In this document: piece after piece, positions 32,663 through 46,126 of the stretch
How the letters are laid out: every line of letters starts with the position of its first letter
Numbering within the stretch: position 1 is the stretch's first letter
Origin: Nannocystis bainbridge
GTDB taxonomy: Bacteria; Myxococcota_A; Polyangia; Nannocystales; Nannocystaceae
Direction of reading: 5' to 3'
Length of the DNA: 64,000 nt
NCBI RefSeq assembly: GCF_028368995.1
Contig: NZ_JAQNDL010000001.1
Coordinates: 2,720,001 to 2,784,000, forward strand
Notes under the pieces: generated by a model
What the model was told of the DNA's origin: nothing
Databases searched by the model: none
What the model saw: only the letters and a program-made list of their open reading frames with translations
Made by a program: the position numbers and the translations under genes

Positions 32663-35059
32663 ATGCTGCTGGCGTGGTTGCTCCTGCTGTCGGCGCCCGA
32701 CGCGGACCGCCACGATTGTCGCGCCGGCGGGGCGCCGAGCTGCCCGCCGGGAATGACCGGACCGGCCTGCGACCTGGCCTGCGTCGGCGAGCGCTGCGAT
32801 CACGCGCTGTACTGCCACGACGACGGCGACACCTACGGACTGTCGACATTCGGGGCCCGGCTGTTCACGCTGGGCCCTGGCGAGCCCGACTGGCTGGTGC
32901 GGCTGCGGCTGCTGCAATTCATCGTCGCTCACCCGCGCGACCTCGGCCTGCGCGACGGGCTGCGCGCGGGCGACCTCGGCGTGGCCGAGACGCCGGTCGT
33001 GCGCCGCGAGGCCGGCGCGCTGCGGCTGCTGCGATTGCGTCAGCGCTACCGCGAATGGCCGGTGTACGGCGCCGACGCCACCTTGACGCTGATCGCCGAT
33101 CGCACCGGCGTGATCGGCATCCGCGGCGCGATCGCCGACGGCCGCGACGACTACGCCTTCGCCGCCGCGCCGGCCGCCCGCGACGTCGCCGCCGCCAGCG
33201 TGCTGGCCCACGCGGGCGCGCGCACGGGCCTCGCAGAGGGCGACCTGCGGCTGGTGAACCTGCGCCTGGTCGCGTTCCCGCGGGCGCGCGCGCTGGGCTG
33301 GGCCGCCGCGGTGTTCCACGGTCCGGCGCGGGTCGCCGACGTGGTCGTGGCCGCCGATCCGCGGGCCGCGAGCTTGCCGCTGCTGGCGTACGTCGACCCG
33401 CGCGGGGCCGGGCTCGGCGACACCGTGGCGTTCGCGGTGCGGGCCGAAGATCTGGCCAGCGACATCCACGACGCGACGATCGAGACGACGCTGGTGCCGA
33501 CCACCGGCTCGCTGGCTGACGGCAGCGTGCGGCTGGCCGACGCGCGCGTGGTGCTGATCGACGCCGCCGGGGCCACCTCGCGCGCGGAGGCGCTGGCGAG
33601 CCCGATCCACGGCCAGCAAGGCGCCGAGTTCGACGCTTACCCCGACTCGCGTGAATACGGGCTGCAGAACACCTATTCGCTGCTGCGCCGCTACTATGAT
33701 CATACCGACGCGATCTTGCACGGCCGCTGGGACAGCGCGATGCCGGCGCTGGGGCTGGAGAGCGCGCTGCCGGCGGGGCAGTTCGCGCCGCGGCTGATCG
33801 CCGCCGCCGACCCGGCCGTGCCGCTGTGCGGGGCGCAGGCCAGCTGGTGCGTGACGTCGGCCTGGGCCGGCGCGAGCGACGAGCCGCCCGAGGCGCTGCG
33901 CCACCCGCTCGGCGCCGGCCCGTACGAGGTCACCGGCGCGATGTACCTCAAGGGCACCAGCGCCTCGCCGTCGGTGCTGCCGCACGAGTTCGGCCACTTC
34001 GTCGATCTGTTCGCCGCGCCGGGCCTGATGTTCGAGCCGTTCGTGTGCATGCCGTGCGCGGCCGACTGCTACCCGGGCACCACCGACGACGTGCTGCCGC
34101 TGTCCGAGACCTACGCCAGCTTGATGGCGCTGTGGTTCTACGCCGTGCTCTACCCGGCGGCCGGGCAGGCCGATTCGTGCGTGACGCTGACGTCGCTCAG
34201 CCTGGGCGAGAACCGCAACCCGCACAACGCCGCCTGCCGACCCGGGGCCAGCGAGTTCTCGCGCTTCGTCGCCGACGACGACCCCGCCTGCGGCAACGGC
34301 GAGTCCAACTTCCCCGACCGCTGCGACTTGCCGACGCCGATCGACATCGATTTCGCCGAGGGCACCGGCCTGTGCGACCGCGGGCTCGGCTACGCGCTCG
34401 ACAGCTGGTTCCAGGCCTTCTGGGAGCTGCTGCACGGCGAGACCTGCGCGACCGCGCCGCCATACGACTGCACGCCCCTGCCCGCGCTGAGCGCCGCGCC
34501 GGCCGCCGACGCGATCGGCCGCGCGCTCCTCTACGCGGCCCAGGTGTCGAGCGCGACCTACCGCGGGTTCGCCGACGACGTCGCCACGTACGTCGCCTGC
34601 AACCACGGCGAGGCGGCCTACCTCGAGCTCAACGAGGTCCTGTGCCACCACCACATCCGCCCGTGCGACGCGCCGACGCCGGCCGTCTGCGACTTCTGCG
34701 GCGACGGGGTCCGCAGCGGCGGCGAGGCCTGCGACGGCGGCGACCTCGGCGGCCAGACCTGCGCGGACCTCGGCCTCGGCGCCGGCGACCTGACGTGCGA
34801 CGCGGCGTGTGAGTGGGTGGTCGATGGCTGCATGTCCGAAGAGACAGGCGATGACACGACCACCTCGTCGGGCGCCGAGGAGCTGCCGACCACCGGCGCG
34901 AGCGACGAGCCGACGAGCGACGCGGGCGCCACGTTCATCGTCCCACCGGCGACCGGCGGCGAGCACGGCGAGCCCGGCTGCGCGTGCGCGAGCGGCCCGG
35001 ACGGCGCGTGGTGGCTGACCGCGCTGGCGCTGCTGCGGCGGCGCCGACGCGTCGCGTGA
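32663..35059 (+). CDS. Secreted gluzincin-like (M4/M36-like) metalloprotease with propeptide, Cys-rich region and MYXO-CTERM-like tail
   Basis: RLRQRY..PVYGA propeptide pattern, HEFGH plus LSETYA, CGDG...GEACDG repeat, GCAC-TM-RRRRR terminus. Confidence 0.75.
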   Translation: MLLAWLLLLSAPDADRHDCRAGGAPSCPPGMTGPACDLACVGERCDHALYCHDDGDTYGLSTFGARLFTLGPGEPDWLVRLRLLQFIVAHPRDLGLRDGLRAGDLGVAETPVVRREAGALRLLRLRQRYREWPVYGADATLTLIADRTGVIGIRGAIADGRDDYAFAAAPAARDVAAASVLAHAGARTGLAEGDLRLVNLRLVAFPRARALGWAAAVFHGPARVADVVVAADPRAASLPLLAYVDPRGAGLGDTVAFAVRAEDLASDIHDATIETTLVPTTGSLADGSVRLADARVVLIDAAGATSRAEALASPIHGQQGAEFDAYPDSREYGLQNTYSLLRRYYDHTDAILHGRWDSAMPALGLESALPAGQFAPRLIAAADPAVPLCGAQASWCVTSAWAGASDEPPEALRHPLGAGPYEVTGAMYLKGTSASPSVLPHEFGHFVDLFAAPGLMFEPFVCMPCAADCYPGTTDDVLPLSETYASLMALWFYAVLYPAAGQADSCVTLTSLSLGENRNPHNAACRPGASEFSRFVADDDPACGNGESNFPDRCDLPTPIDIDFAEGTGLCDRGLGYALDSWFQAFWELLHGETCATAPPYDCTPLPALSAAPAADAIGRALLYAAQVSSATYRGFADDVATYVACNHGEAAYLELNEVLCHHHIRPCDAPTPAVCDFCGDGVRSGGEACDGGDLGGQTCADLGLGAGDLTCDAACEWVVDGCMSEETGDDTTTSSGAEELPTTGASDEPTSDAGATFIVPPATGGEHGEPGCACASGPDGAWWLTALALLRRRRRVA

Positions 35060-35067
35060 TCTCTCAT

Positions 35068-35128
35068 AGACCGCAAGGACATGTCCACCGGGACATGCCC
35101 TTTCAACCATGTCTGAAACGACATGCCC
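35068..35128. repeat. 14-bp palindrome array between convergent genes
   Basis: CATG at 35080, 35094, 35108, 35122. Confidence 0.86.
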
Positions 35129-35165
35129 ATCGCGCCGCGCGTCGGCGCGAGCGGCTCCGCTTCGC

Positions 35166-36734
35166 TCACGCGCCGCGGCGGCGACGCAGGCCGAGCAGCG
35201 CGAGCAGGCCCCACGCAGCGCCGGCCGGGGCGCCGTCCGACTGGCACGCGCACGAGTCGTCGGCCCCGTCCGCGGGCGTGCCGTCGCTGTCGCTGCTGCT
35301 GTCGCCGGTCTCGCTGGCCGCGTCGGTCTCGCCGGTGCTCGCGTCGGTGCTCGCGTCGGTGTCGCCGTCGCTGTCGCTGTCGGTCTCGCCGGCGCTGGTG
35401 GTCGGGGCGGCCGTGCCCTCGACGGTGATGGTGATCGTGTGCTCGGCGGTCTGGTCGGCCTGGTCCATCACCAGCGCGGTCAGCTCGAAGCTGCCGGAAG
35501 GCAGGTTGCTGAGGGTGAACTCGAGCGCGGCGTTGTAGTCGACCACGTCGGCCACCAGCGCGCCGTCGTGCTTGACGAGCAGCTTCCAGCCGTAGCCGCC
35601 GTAGTCGTCCCACGGCTCGAACTTCACCGTCACGGCGTCGCCCTCCTGGAACACCGCGCCGTCCTCCGGCGCGGTGATGGCGATCTCCGGCGGCACCACG
35701 TCGGGCCCGGGCGGGGCGTAGATCGCCGACAGCGTGCGCGTGTCGTCCTGCAGCTCGCCCTCGTTGCAGTGGCACTTGTTGACCCCGACGCACGCGCCCG
35801 ACTGGCCCTGCACGGTGATGGTCGGGGTGCACTCGGCGCCGAAGCCCATGTCGATCGGGGCGTAGGTGTCGTAGCCGAACGCCATGACCCGATCGTTGCC
35901 CTCGGTGTGGCCGAGGCCCATCGTGTGGCCGATCTCCTGGCTCGCCACGTTGGCCTGGTTGCTCGTCGAGTCGTTGTTGACGAACGCGTAGCAGACGTTG
36001 CGCAGGCCGAGGTCCTCGCAGTCGGCGCCCGGAGCCACGCCGCCCGAGGGGCCGGCCACGGTGTCGCTGTAGTGGCCGCCCATCATGATCATCACGTAGG
36101 GCAGGACCTTCGGCGGGCGCGCGAGGTAGACCACGCGCAGGGCCCAGGCGGCGAAGTCGGCCTGGACGGCCTGGGCGACGGCGATCGCCCGCTCCTCGCC
36201 GCCGGTGTAGACCGGGTACTGCGAGCCGGTCTTGGCCAGCGCGGACCAGTTCTCGGCCGAGTTGTCGCCCATGCCGTTATAGAGGACGCCGCCGGTGTAG
36301 TTCATGTAGATCGTGCCGCGGCGCGGGTACTCGGTGCCGCGGCGGAACTCGCCCGGATAAACGCCGCCAGGGACGGCGTCGGGGTAGGCGCACAGGTCGT
36401 CGGCGCCGGGCCCCTCGACCTTGCTGCGCGCGACCTCGGGGCGGGCCGCGAACGGCGAGATCACCGGCGCGCCGTTGGCGACGGCCTCGGGCACGACCAT
36501 GCCGCCGAGTTGCACCCACCCGGGCGGCAAGCTGCCAGGCTCCTTCTCGACCACCGGCCGGCCCTCGTGCGCGGCCAGGTCCGCGAACGTCGCGCCCGCG
36601 TCAGGCCCGGGCAGGAGCGGCACGGCGTTGACGGCCCCGGGTCGCAGATCGAGCACGACCGGCCGCGCATCAGGGGCGTACGGGTTGGCCACCGCAGCCG
36701 CGGCGAGCGTGAGGACCAACGTGAGGCTCGACAT
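35166..36734 (-). CDS. Metzincin-like protein with Ig-like domain and MYXO-CTERM-like tail
   Basis: QEIGHTMGLGH..VM, PPEIAITAPEDG Ig start, SCAC-TM-RRRRG terminus. Confidence 0.8.
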   Translation of the reverse strand: MSSLTLVLTLAAAAVANPYAPDARPVVLDLRPGAVNAVPLLPGPDAGATFADLAAHEGRPVVEKEPGSLPPGWVQLGGMVVPEAVANGAPVISPFAARPEVARSKVEGPGADDLCAYPDAVPGGVYPGEFRRGTEYPRRGTIYMNYTGGVLYNGMGDNSAENWSALAKTGSQYPVYTGGEERAIAVAQAVQADFAAWALRVVYLARPPKVLPYVMIMMGGHYSDTVAGPSGGVAPGADCEDLGLRNVCYAFVNNDSTSNQANVASQEIGHTMGLGHTEGNDRVMAFGYDTYAPIDMGFGAECTPTITVQGQSGACVGVNKCHCNEGELQDDTRTLSAIYAPPGPDVVPPEIAITAPEDGAVFQEGDAVTVKFEPWDDYGGYGWKLLVKHDGALVADVVDYNAALEFTLSNLPSGSFELTALVMDQADQTAEHTITITVEGTAAPTTSAGETDSDSDGDTDASTDASTGETDAASETGDSSSDSDGTPADGADDSCACQSDGAPAGAAWGLLALLGLRRRRGA

Positions 36735-36905
36735 CGGACGATCGTAGTCGCGGATTGACCCTGCCCCGCGGACCGCTACGATCGCCCCGCCGTGCGCGAC
36801 CTCTCCCCCGTGCCGCGACTGCGGGCCTTCGTTTCGCGCGTCGCGTCGCGTGGGCCCGCCCCGGGGCGTTCACTCGGGCGGCGGAGCTGCGCCGCCGCGC
36901 GGCTC

Positions 36906-37481
36906 GTGAAGCTGGTCGTGGCCGTGGCGATCGTGGGCGCGTCGCTCGAGGTCCGGGCGGCCGAGCCGACGCCGGCGGCCCCGTTCCGCCGCCGCGGCGG
37001 TGAGCTGGGGCTGTTCGCCGACAGCAGCATCGCCAGCCAGTTGACGCTGGTCGGGGTCGGTCTGCGCGGCGGGTACTTCCTGCGCGAGAGCGTGGAGATC
37101 GGCGGAGAGCTGCAGGCGACGGTGCTGCTGGCGTCGCCGACCGATCCGTCGCAGCGGCCGCGCGCCGGCGATCCCACGGCGGCGTTCCGCGTCGCGCCGA
37201 TGGTGCGGTGGATCCCGCTGCGCACCGAGAGCTTCGCGGCCTATCTGCTCGCCGCCGTCGGGCCGCAGGTGCTCGGCGCCCGCGGCGGGGTGCTGGGTCA
37301 CGCGGTGGCGGCCCCCGGCGCGACGATCCACCTCGGCGGCCGCGTCTGGCTCGACCTGGCGATCCGCTTCTCGCTCAGCTTCCCCGGCGGCCGCTGCCGC
37401 GCGGCGTTCTCGGCCCCGGCGGCGCCCGGCTTCTGCGAGCTGCAATTCGGCCCGCAGATCGGCCTCCTCGCGGTTTTTTAA
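36906..37481 (+). CDS. Putative small outer-membrane beta-barrel protein
   Basis: Signal peptide, amphipathic strands (GGYF, VEIGGE), C-terminal Phe. Confidence 0.6.
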   Translation: MKLVVAVAIVGASLEVRAAEPTPAAPFRRRGGELGLFADSSIASQLTLVGVGLRGGYFLRESVEIGGELQATVLLASPTDPSQRPRAGDPTAAFRVAPMVRWIPLRTESFAAYLLAAVGPQVLGARGGVLGHAVAAPGATIHLGGRVWLDLAIRFSLSFPGGRCRAAFSAPAAPGFCELQFGPQIGLLAVF

Positions 37482-37490
37482 AGAGTGGAA

Positions 37491-37602
37491 TCACATGTCC
37501 TTCGGGGCATGCTCTCCACGAGGTGCTCTCTCTCAAGGACATGTCCTCCGCGACATGTCCTCTTCAGCATGCGCGAGAGGACATGCTCCGAAGAGCATGT
37601 CC
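37491..37602. repeat. About seven-unit 14-bp palindrome array between convergent genes
   Basis: CATG at 37494, 37508, (GGTG 37522), then 37540, 37554, 37568, 37582, 37596 after a 4-nt TC slip. Confidence 0.9.
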
Positions 37603-37616
37603 CGCGCGCCAGCCGG

Positions 37617-38009
37617 CTACGCCCACGCCGGGCTGGTGAGCAGCGCCAGGCTGGCGCCGAAGCCGACGCTCCACACCAGCGAGCGGGCGTAGTGGACATC
37701 GGCGAGGTAGAGGATCGGGTAGACCAGGCGCGCGCCGATGTAGGCGAGCGCGAGGCAGTCGACCGCGCAGACCTTGGGGGCGGCCACGGTGGCCACCAGC
37801 ACGCCGGCGGCGAACAGCGGGAAGCTCTCGATCTGGTTGGCGTGGATCGCCCGGGCGCGCGCGCCCCAGCCGGTCAGGCGCTCCTGCTGGGCGCGGGGGT
37901 TGCGGTTGTCGTAGCCGCGGCCCTCGCGGGCCTGAGCGGCGGCGAGCGGGAACTTGCTGAGCGGATGGAGGAGCGCGGCGGCGAACAGGCACCAGAGGGC
38001 GACGGTCAT
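37617..38009 (-). CDS. MAPEG family membrane protein
   Basis: YDNRNPR, ARA.AIHANQIESFPLF, ARLVY. Confidence 0.92.
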   Translation of the reverse strand: MTVALWCLFAAALLHPLSKFPLAAAQAREGRGYDNRNPRAQQERLTGWGARARAIHANQIESFPLFAAGVLVATVAAPKVCAVDCLALAYIGARLVYPILYLADVHYARSLVWSVGFGASLALLTSPAWA

Positions 38010-38181
38010 GGCGCGGGACGCTATCACGAAGGCCCCGCCGCGACCTGCGGGCAAGCCCGCGTCCACGCGGTCCGCGGGGCTCTGCGAGCAACTTTGCGCA
38101 GGTGCGAGCCGGCCTGAGCAGCTCGAAGCGAACTCGACGGCGAGGCCGAACCTCGCCGCCCGAGCGCGGCGGCCTCGGCCG

Positions 38182-39993
38182 TCACATCCGCCGCGGCACC
38201 GCGATGCCGAGCACCACCAGCGTCTCGCGCAGCGCGTGCACGAACGCGTGCACGAGCAGCAGGCGCGCCTGGAGCTGCTCGCCCTCGCTCGGCTTCACGC
38301 GGCAGTTGTCGGCGTTGTAGAACCGGTTGAAGGTGCGGCACAGCTCGAACGCGTAGGTGCACACGACCGACGGCCGCAGCTGCTCGGCCGCGGCATGCAG
38401 GACCTGCGGCAGGCGGTCGAGGGCCAGCAGCAGCTCGCGCTCCTGCGGCTCCTTGAGCGCCGCGGTGATCGCCTGCAGGTCCGCCTCGCCGGCGAGGATC
38501 GCCGGGTCGAGCGATTTGCCGACCTCGCCGCACTCGCGGAGGATCGAGCCGGCGCGGGCGCCGGTGTACTGCAGGTACGGGCCGGTGTTGCCGTCGAGGG
38601 TGAGCCAGGCCGCGAGGTCGAACACGATCTTCTGGTTCACGTCGCGGTTCAGCATCCCGTACTTGATCGCGCCGAGGGCTACCATGCGCTCCGCGGCGTC
38701 GATCTCCTCCGCCGGCCACTGGCCCTCGAACTGCTGGAACCACGTCTTGCGCAGGTGCGCCGTCATCTGCTGGCGCAGGCTGCGGAACAGCACCACGTTG
38801 CCCTTGCGCCCGGCCATCGGCCCGTCGGGCAGCTCGACCATCTCGTAGGGCACGTGCTGGCAGCGCTCGGCCTGCGGGAAGCCCATCTTCTTGAGGGTGA
38901 GGAAGACGTGGCGGAAGTGGTCGCTCTGGCGCACGTCGACGACGTAGATCGAGCGGTCGATGCGGTACTCCTCGAACTTGAGGCGGGCGAGCGCGAGGTC
39001 CTTGGTCGAGTAGAGGCTGGTGCCGTCCTGCTTGCGCAGCATGAAGAACGGCATGTGCTTGACCTCGTCGTTGACGACGCCGACGGCGCCGTTGGAGACC
39101 ACGAAGACGCCCCGCTCGAGGAACTCGGCGACCAGCTTGAGGCCGGGCTCGTCGACCTCGCTCTCGAAGAACACGCGGTCGAAGCCGACGTCGCACCAGT
39201 CGTAGATCTCGGCGAACTCCTCGAGCGACCACGCGCGGGTCTCCTGCCACACCGCCATGATCTCCGGCTCGCGCGCCTCGAGGCGATGCAGGATCTCCGA
39301 CGTGCGCGCCTTGGCCTGCTGCAGCGCGCTCGCGGCCTCGACGTCGCCGGCCTGCGCCTGGTCCTCCCAGGCGTCGAGCTGATTGCTGGCGGCCGCGTAG
39401 AGCTCGCCCAGCCACTCGCCGCGGCGGTCGGCCGGCGGGGTCCGATCGTGGAGGCGATCGAGGAACCACCACAGGCACTTGGCGATGTGAGCCCCGACGT
39501 CGCCGAGGTAGTTGGCGGCCACGACGTCGTCGCCGGCCACGCGCAGCAGGCGGACCAGCGAGTCGCCGAGGCACAGGTTGCGCATGTGGCCGACGTGGAA
39601 CGCCTTGTGCGTGTTGGGCTGCGAGAACTCGATCATCACCCGCACGCCGGTGGCCGGGCGCCTCACCGGCTCGCCGCGGGCCAGGCGCGGCAGCACCAGC
39701 GCGGCGGCGCGGCCGAGGTCGAGGGTGAGGTTGACGTAGGGGCCGGTAGCGACGGCGCGCGCGAACAGGCCCGAGGGCTCGCCGAGGCTGGCGGCGATCT
39801 CGGCGGCGATCTGCGGCGGGCCCTTGCGCAGAGCCTTGGCCAGCTTGAAGCACGGGAACGCGAAGTCGCCGAGCGTCGGGTCCGGCGGGGCCGTGAGGCT
39901 GGCGGCGACCTCGTCCTCGGTGAGGCCGGCGGCGGCGGGGAGGACCGGGTGCAAGGCGCGGGCGACCGCGGCGACGAGCGAGCCAGGATGCAT
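38182..39993 (-). CDS. argS: Arginine--tRNA ligase
   Basis: GPYVN, EFSQPN..FHVGH.RN, DGTSLY.TKDLA, GNTGPYLQY. Confidence 0.97.
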   Translation of the reverse strand: MHPGSLVAAVARALHPVLPAAAGLTEDEVAASLTAPPDPTLGDFAFPCFKLAKALRKGPPQIAAEIAASLGEPSGLFARAVATGPYVNLTLDLGRAAALVLPRLARGEPVRRPATGVRVMIEFSQPNTHKAFHVGHMRNLCLGDSLVRLLRVAGDDVVAANYLGDVGAHIAKCLWWFLDRLHDRTPPADRRGEWLGELYAAASNQLDAWEDQAQAGDVEAASALQQAKARTSEILHRLEAREPEIMAVWQETRAWSLEEFAEIYDWCDVGFDRVFFESEVDEPGLKLVAEFLERGVFVVSNGAVGVVNDEVKHMPFFMLRKQDGTSLYSTKDLALARLKFEEYRIDRSIYVVDVRQSDHFRHVFLTLKKMGFPQAERCQHVPYEMVELPDGPMAGRKGNVVLFRSLRQQMTAHLRKTWFQQFEGQWPAEEIDAAERMVALGAIKYGMLNRDVNQKIVFDLAAWLTLDGNTGPYLQYTGARAGSILRECGEVGKSLDPAILAGEADLQAITAALKEPQERELLLALDRLPQVLHAAAEQLRPSVVCTYAFELCRTFNRFYNADNCRVKPSEGEQLQARLLLVHAFVHALRETLVVLGIAVPRRM

Positions 39994-40070
39994 GGCCGGC
40001 GAGGGTAATCGCGCGCCGGAGCCCCTGCAACCGGGGCGCGCGCCGCGTCGGGCCGTGGTAGAAGCGGCGC

Positions 40071-40214
40071 GTGGGCAACGTCTACGCGCTCGTGGCCTTC
40101 GGGCTCCTGTGGCTGGTGCTGGCCGCGTTCTTCGTGCTGCTGATCCGCACGCTCATGATCCAGGCCCGCCGCCGCCGCGAGGGCGACCCGCGCGTGTGGG
40201 AACACGGGCTGTGA
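40071..40214 (+). CDS. Small (47 aa) single-pass membrane protein, absent from the ORF track
   Basis: GTG start; MGNVYALVAFGLLWLVLAAFFVLLIRTLMIQARRRREGDPRVWEHGL*; GC-rich third positions. Confidence 0.65.
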   Translation: MGNVYALVAFGLLWLVLAAFFVLLIRTLMIQARRRREGDPRVWEHGL

Positions 40215-40230
40215 GCCGGCCGCCCGCCGC

Positions 40231-41307
40231 TCACTCCCAGTGGATCTCGACCAACTTCAGGGCGCCGCCCGGGTCGAGCTCCGACCACGCGGGGCCCTCG
40301 TAATACGTGAGGTAGTCGACGGCGCCGCCGGCCTGCGCGAGCTCGGGGTGGAGCAGCGCGTCCTGGATCGGCGGCGCGCCCTGCAGCGCGGGCGGCCGGT
40401 ACAGCTCGGCCGCCTCGGACCACGGTCCCTCGAGCTGCGGCGCGGTGCGCAGGACCACGACCGGTTCGTCGCGGTCGGCGTAGACCGCCACGAAGGCGCC
40501 GGCGTGGTCGCTCCAGTGCACGCTCATCGCCCCGGCGCCGGCGAACACGGCGCTCGCGCGGCGCGCCGAGGCCGACCAACCGGCGCCGGTGTAGTGGCGC
40601 CAGGCCCCGCGCTCCAGCGCGTGCGCCAGCGGGGCGCGCATCAAGTTGCAGGCGCCGCGCCGACCGCCACAGGTGAACGCGTACAGGTGATCGCCGACGC
40701 TGAGGGCCGCGGCGACGGGCAGCTCGTCGGCGCCGAACAGCAGGGTCGGCTCGGCGCTGCCTTCAGCGACCGCGGGGCGGACTGGCCGGCCGGCGAGGTC
40801 GTCGCGCCACACGGCGATCGAGCTGCCGACGTGCTGGTTGTCGGCGTTGTCCTCGAACTGGATGACCTTGCGGTAGAAGATCAGGACACGCTGGCGCGCG
40901 TGGTCGTGCACCATCGGACCTGGCCAGAGGGACACCCGCGGGCAATCGTAGCTGGCGAGGCACGCGCCGTCGTCGTACGCGAGCCCGTAGCGGGCCTCCC
41001 CGGCGGCGTACGGCAGGAATTCCGGGTCGACCGCGGCAGGGATCGCAAACGGGTGCAGGCCGTCGCGCGCGTCGAGGTCGTCCGTGACCGCGGCGGCCGT
41101 GACGTCCTGGCTCGGCGAGCCCACGTCGGTGGTGACGCGGAACCCCCACAGCGCCCGCGAGCCGAGGCCCACGCTGTGGCCGCCCTGCTCGACAGCGGGG
41201 CCCCCGTCCCGCAGCGGAAGGTCGCCCAGCGGGAGCGCCTCGGCCACCTGCAGCGCCGGCGGAACGCCGCAGCCCGCCAGCATCACGAGACATGTCCCAG
41301 CGAGCAT
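40231..41307 (-). CDS. DUF4185-like beta-propeller lipoprotein (distal half of the 847-aa ORF)
   Basis: Own lipobox MLAGTCLVMLAGC; QGGHSV, SLWPGP, MSVHWS, TAPQLEGPWS. Confidence 0.65.
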   Translation of the reverse strand: MLAGTCLVMLAGCGVPPALQVAEALPLGDLPLRDGGPAVEQGGHSVGLGSRALWGFRVTTDVGSPSQDVTAAAVTDDLDARDGLHPFAIPAAVDPEFLPYAAGEARYGLAYDDGACLASYDCPRVSLWPGPMVHDHARQRVLIFYRKVIQFEDNADNQHVGSSIAVWRDDLAGRPVRPAVAEGSAEPTLLFGADELPVAAALSVGDHLYAFTCGGRRGACNLMRAPLAHALERGAWRHYTGAGWSASARRASAVFAGAGAMSVHWSDHAGAFVAVYADRDEPVVVLRTAPQLEGPWSEAAELYRPPALQGAPPIQDALLHPELAQAGGAVDYLTYYEGPAWSELDPGGALKLVEIHWE

Positions 41308-41353
41308 GCCCGATCGGGCATGTCCTTTTCGCCATGCTTTTTTAAACATGTCC
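41288..41353. repeat. 14-bp palindrome array, with related ~90-bp-period copies at 41437 and 41530
   Basis: CATG at 41291, 41305, 41319, 41333, 41347. Confidence 0.86.
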
Positions 41354-41549
41354 GAACAGCCCGCTGATGCGAGCCCCCGCTCGCGCAAGCCGGACGCCGG
41401 GCCGGCCGGCGCGGCGCCGTGACCCGACCTTTTGAACATGCCCGAACGAGCCGACGGGGTCGGCCGCTCGGCAGAGGCGGGCGGCGGCGTCGGTCCGCTC
41501 GGCTCGCCATTGCAATCTGTCCTTTCGCGCATGCCTGAACGAGCCGCCG

Positions 41550-42774
41550 AGCGGCGCCGCCGCCCGAGCCCGAGCAGACCGAGCAGCAGCAGCGCGGGGG
41601 CGCCCGGCTCGGTGCTGCGGCAGCCGCAGCCCTCGGCGGCCAGGCAGGTGGCGGGCGGCTGCCAGTCCGAGTCGACGGGGACGAAGTTGAGCGGCGTGAC
41701 CTCGCGGGTGCCCGCCCACGAGAACTCGAGGCTGGCCGACATATCGCCGAGGCTGCCGCGCAGCACCAGCTCGCGCGGGCCCTCGCGCTCCTCCGGCGCG
41801 ACGCAGTCGTCGGCGAGCACGATCTGCTCGGGCTGCGTGAGCTCCGGAATGTACGCGATGTCGCCACCGGCCACCGACCACGTGACCGGCAGGCCGAACA
41901 CCAGGTCGTCGCCGGCGTCGCGCGCGACGGCGCGGGCCCCGAACGGCACCGAGGTGCGGCCGATGAGCGGCGCGTCCGAGTCCTCGAGCACGAGATAAGC
42001 GCCGGCCAGCTCGAGCGAGGTGACGGTGTCCGCCGCCACCCCGGTGATCCGCGCGAGCGGCCAGCTGTGACCGGCGAAGTTGAAGGTCGCCTCGGCCTCG
42101 GTGCCCTCGAAGGTGACGATCGCGAGGTGCTCGCTCGGGTAGGTGATCGGCGGCCGCCCGCGCGTGGTCGTCCAGGTGACTTCGGCCGGCTCGGACTGGC
42201 GGGCGACGACGTGACGGGTGCCGCGCTCGAACAGGTTGACGCCGACCTCGAGCTGCTGGCCGGCGACCAGCTTGAGCTCGCGCGGCAGCGACTCGAGCCA
42301 GTCGGCGCCGAAGGTGGTGACGATCGGGTTGTCGCGCACCGCGTGTCGCATGACCATGCCGTCGAGCCAGGGCGCGGCGCGAGCCTCGACCTCGGCGGGG
42401 TCGACCACGCGCATCGTCACGCGATCGGGCGGCTGCCCCGGGGCGCCGCAGGTCGCGTCGACGGTCCACACCACCTCGCCGGGCGCCGCGGCGACGAAGC
42501 AGCCCCCGTCGGCCGTGACGGGGCCGCTGGCGTGCACGCCCGCGTCGTCGCAGGTGGCCGCGTCGGGGCAGGCGTCGCACGCGAGCTGCGGGCAGATCCG
42601 CGTGCCCGTGAGCACCAGGTACGGCGCCTCCCAGTAGGTGTCCGCGAGGTAATCACCGCGCAGATCGAGGTCGTCGACCGAAAGGCGAAAGTCACCGCGC
42701 TCGCTGATCATCTCGGGCGGATCGCAGGCCGTGAACACGACTGCACAGGATGCCATCAACCAGACACGTCCCAT
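41550..42774 (-). CDS. Lipoprotein with MYXO-CTERM-like motif (proximal half of the 847-aa ORF; no stop after the motif)
   Basis: Lipobox VVFTAC; GCGCRS...LLLLGLLGLGRRRR near 41550-41630. Confidence 0.65.
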
Positions 42775-42921
42775 GTCACCACCATAACCGCACGACTCGC
42801 GGCTGTCGAAGCCTTACCGATGTTTTGCGGGCGTGGCGATTTGCCACACCGCGATCTTTCATTCACGACGCCGTGAACACGACGTCATGCAGCTCGACGA
42901 GGCGGCGAAGGTCTGGCGCGC

Positions 42922-46119
<3,198 letters not shown>

Positions 46120-46126
46120 GGCGACT

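Noticed and set aside
32483-37481. Genomic island integrated at tRNA-Gly
   Set aside because: No integrase, no duplicated tRNA 3' end seen, and composition matches the host.
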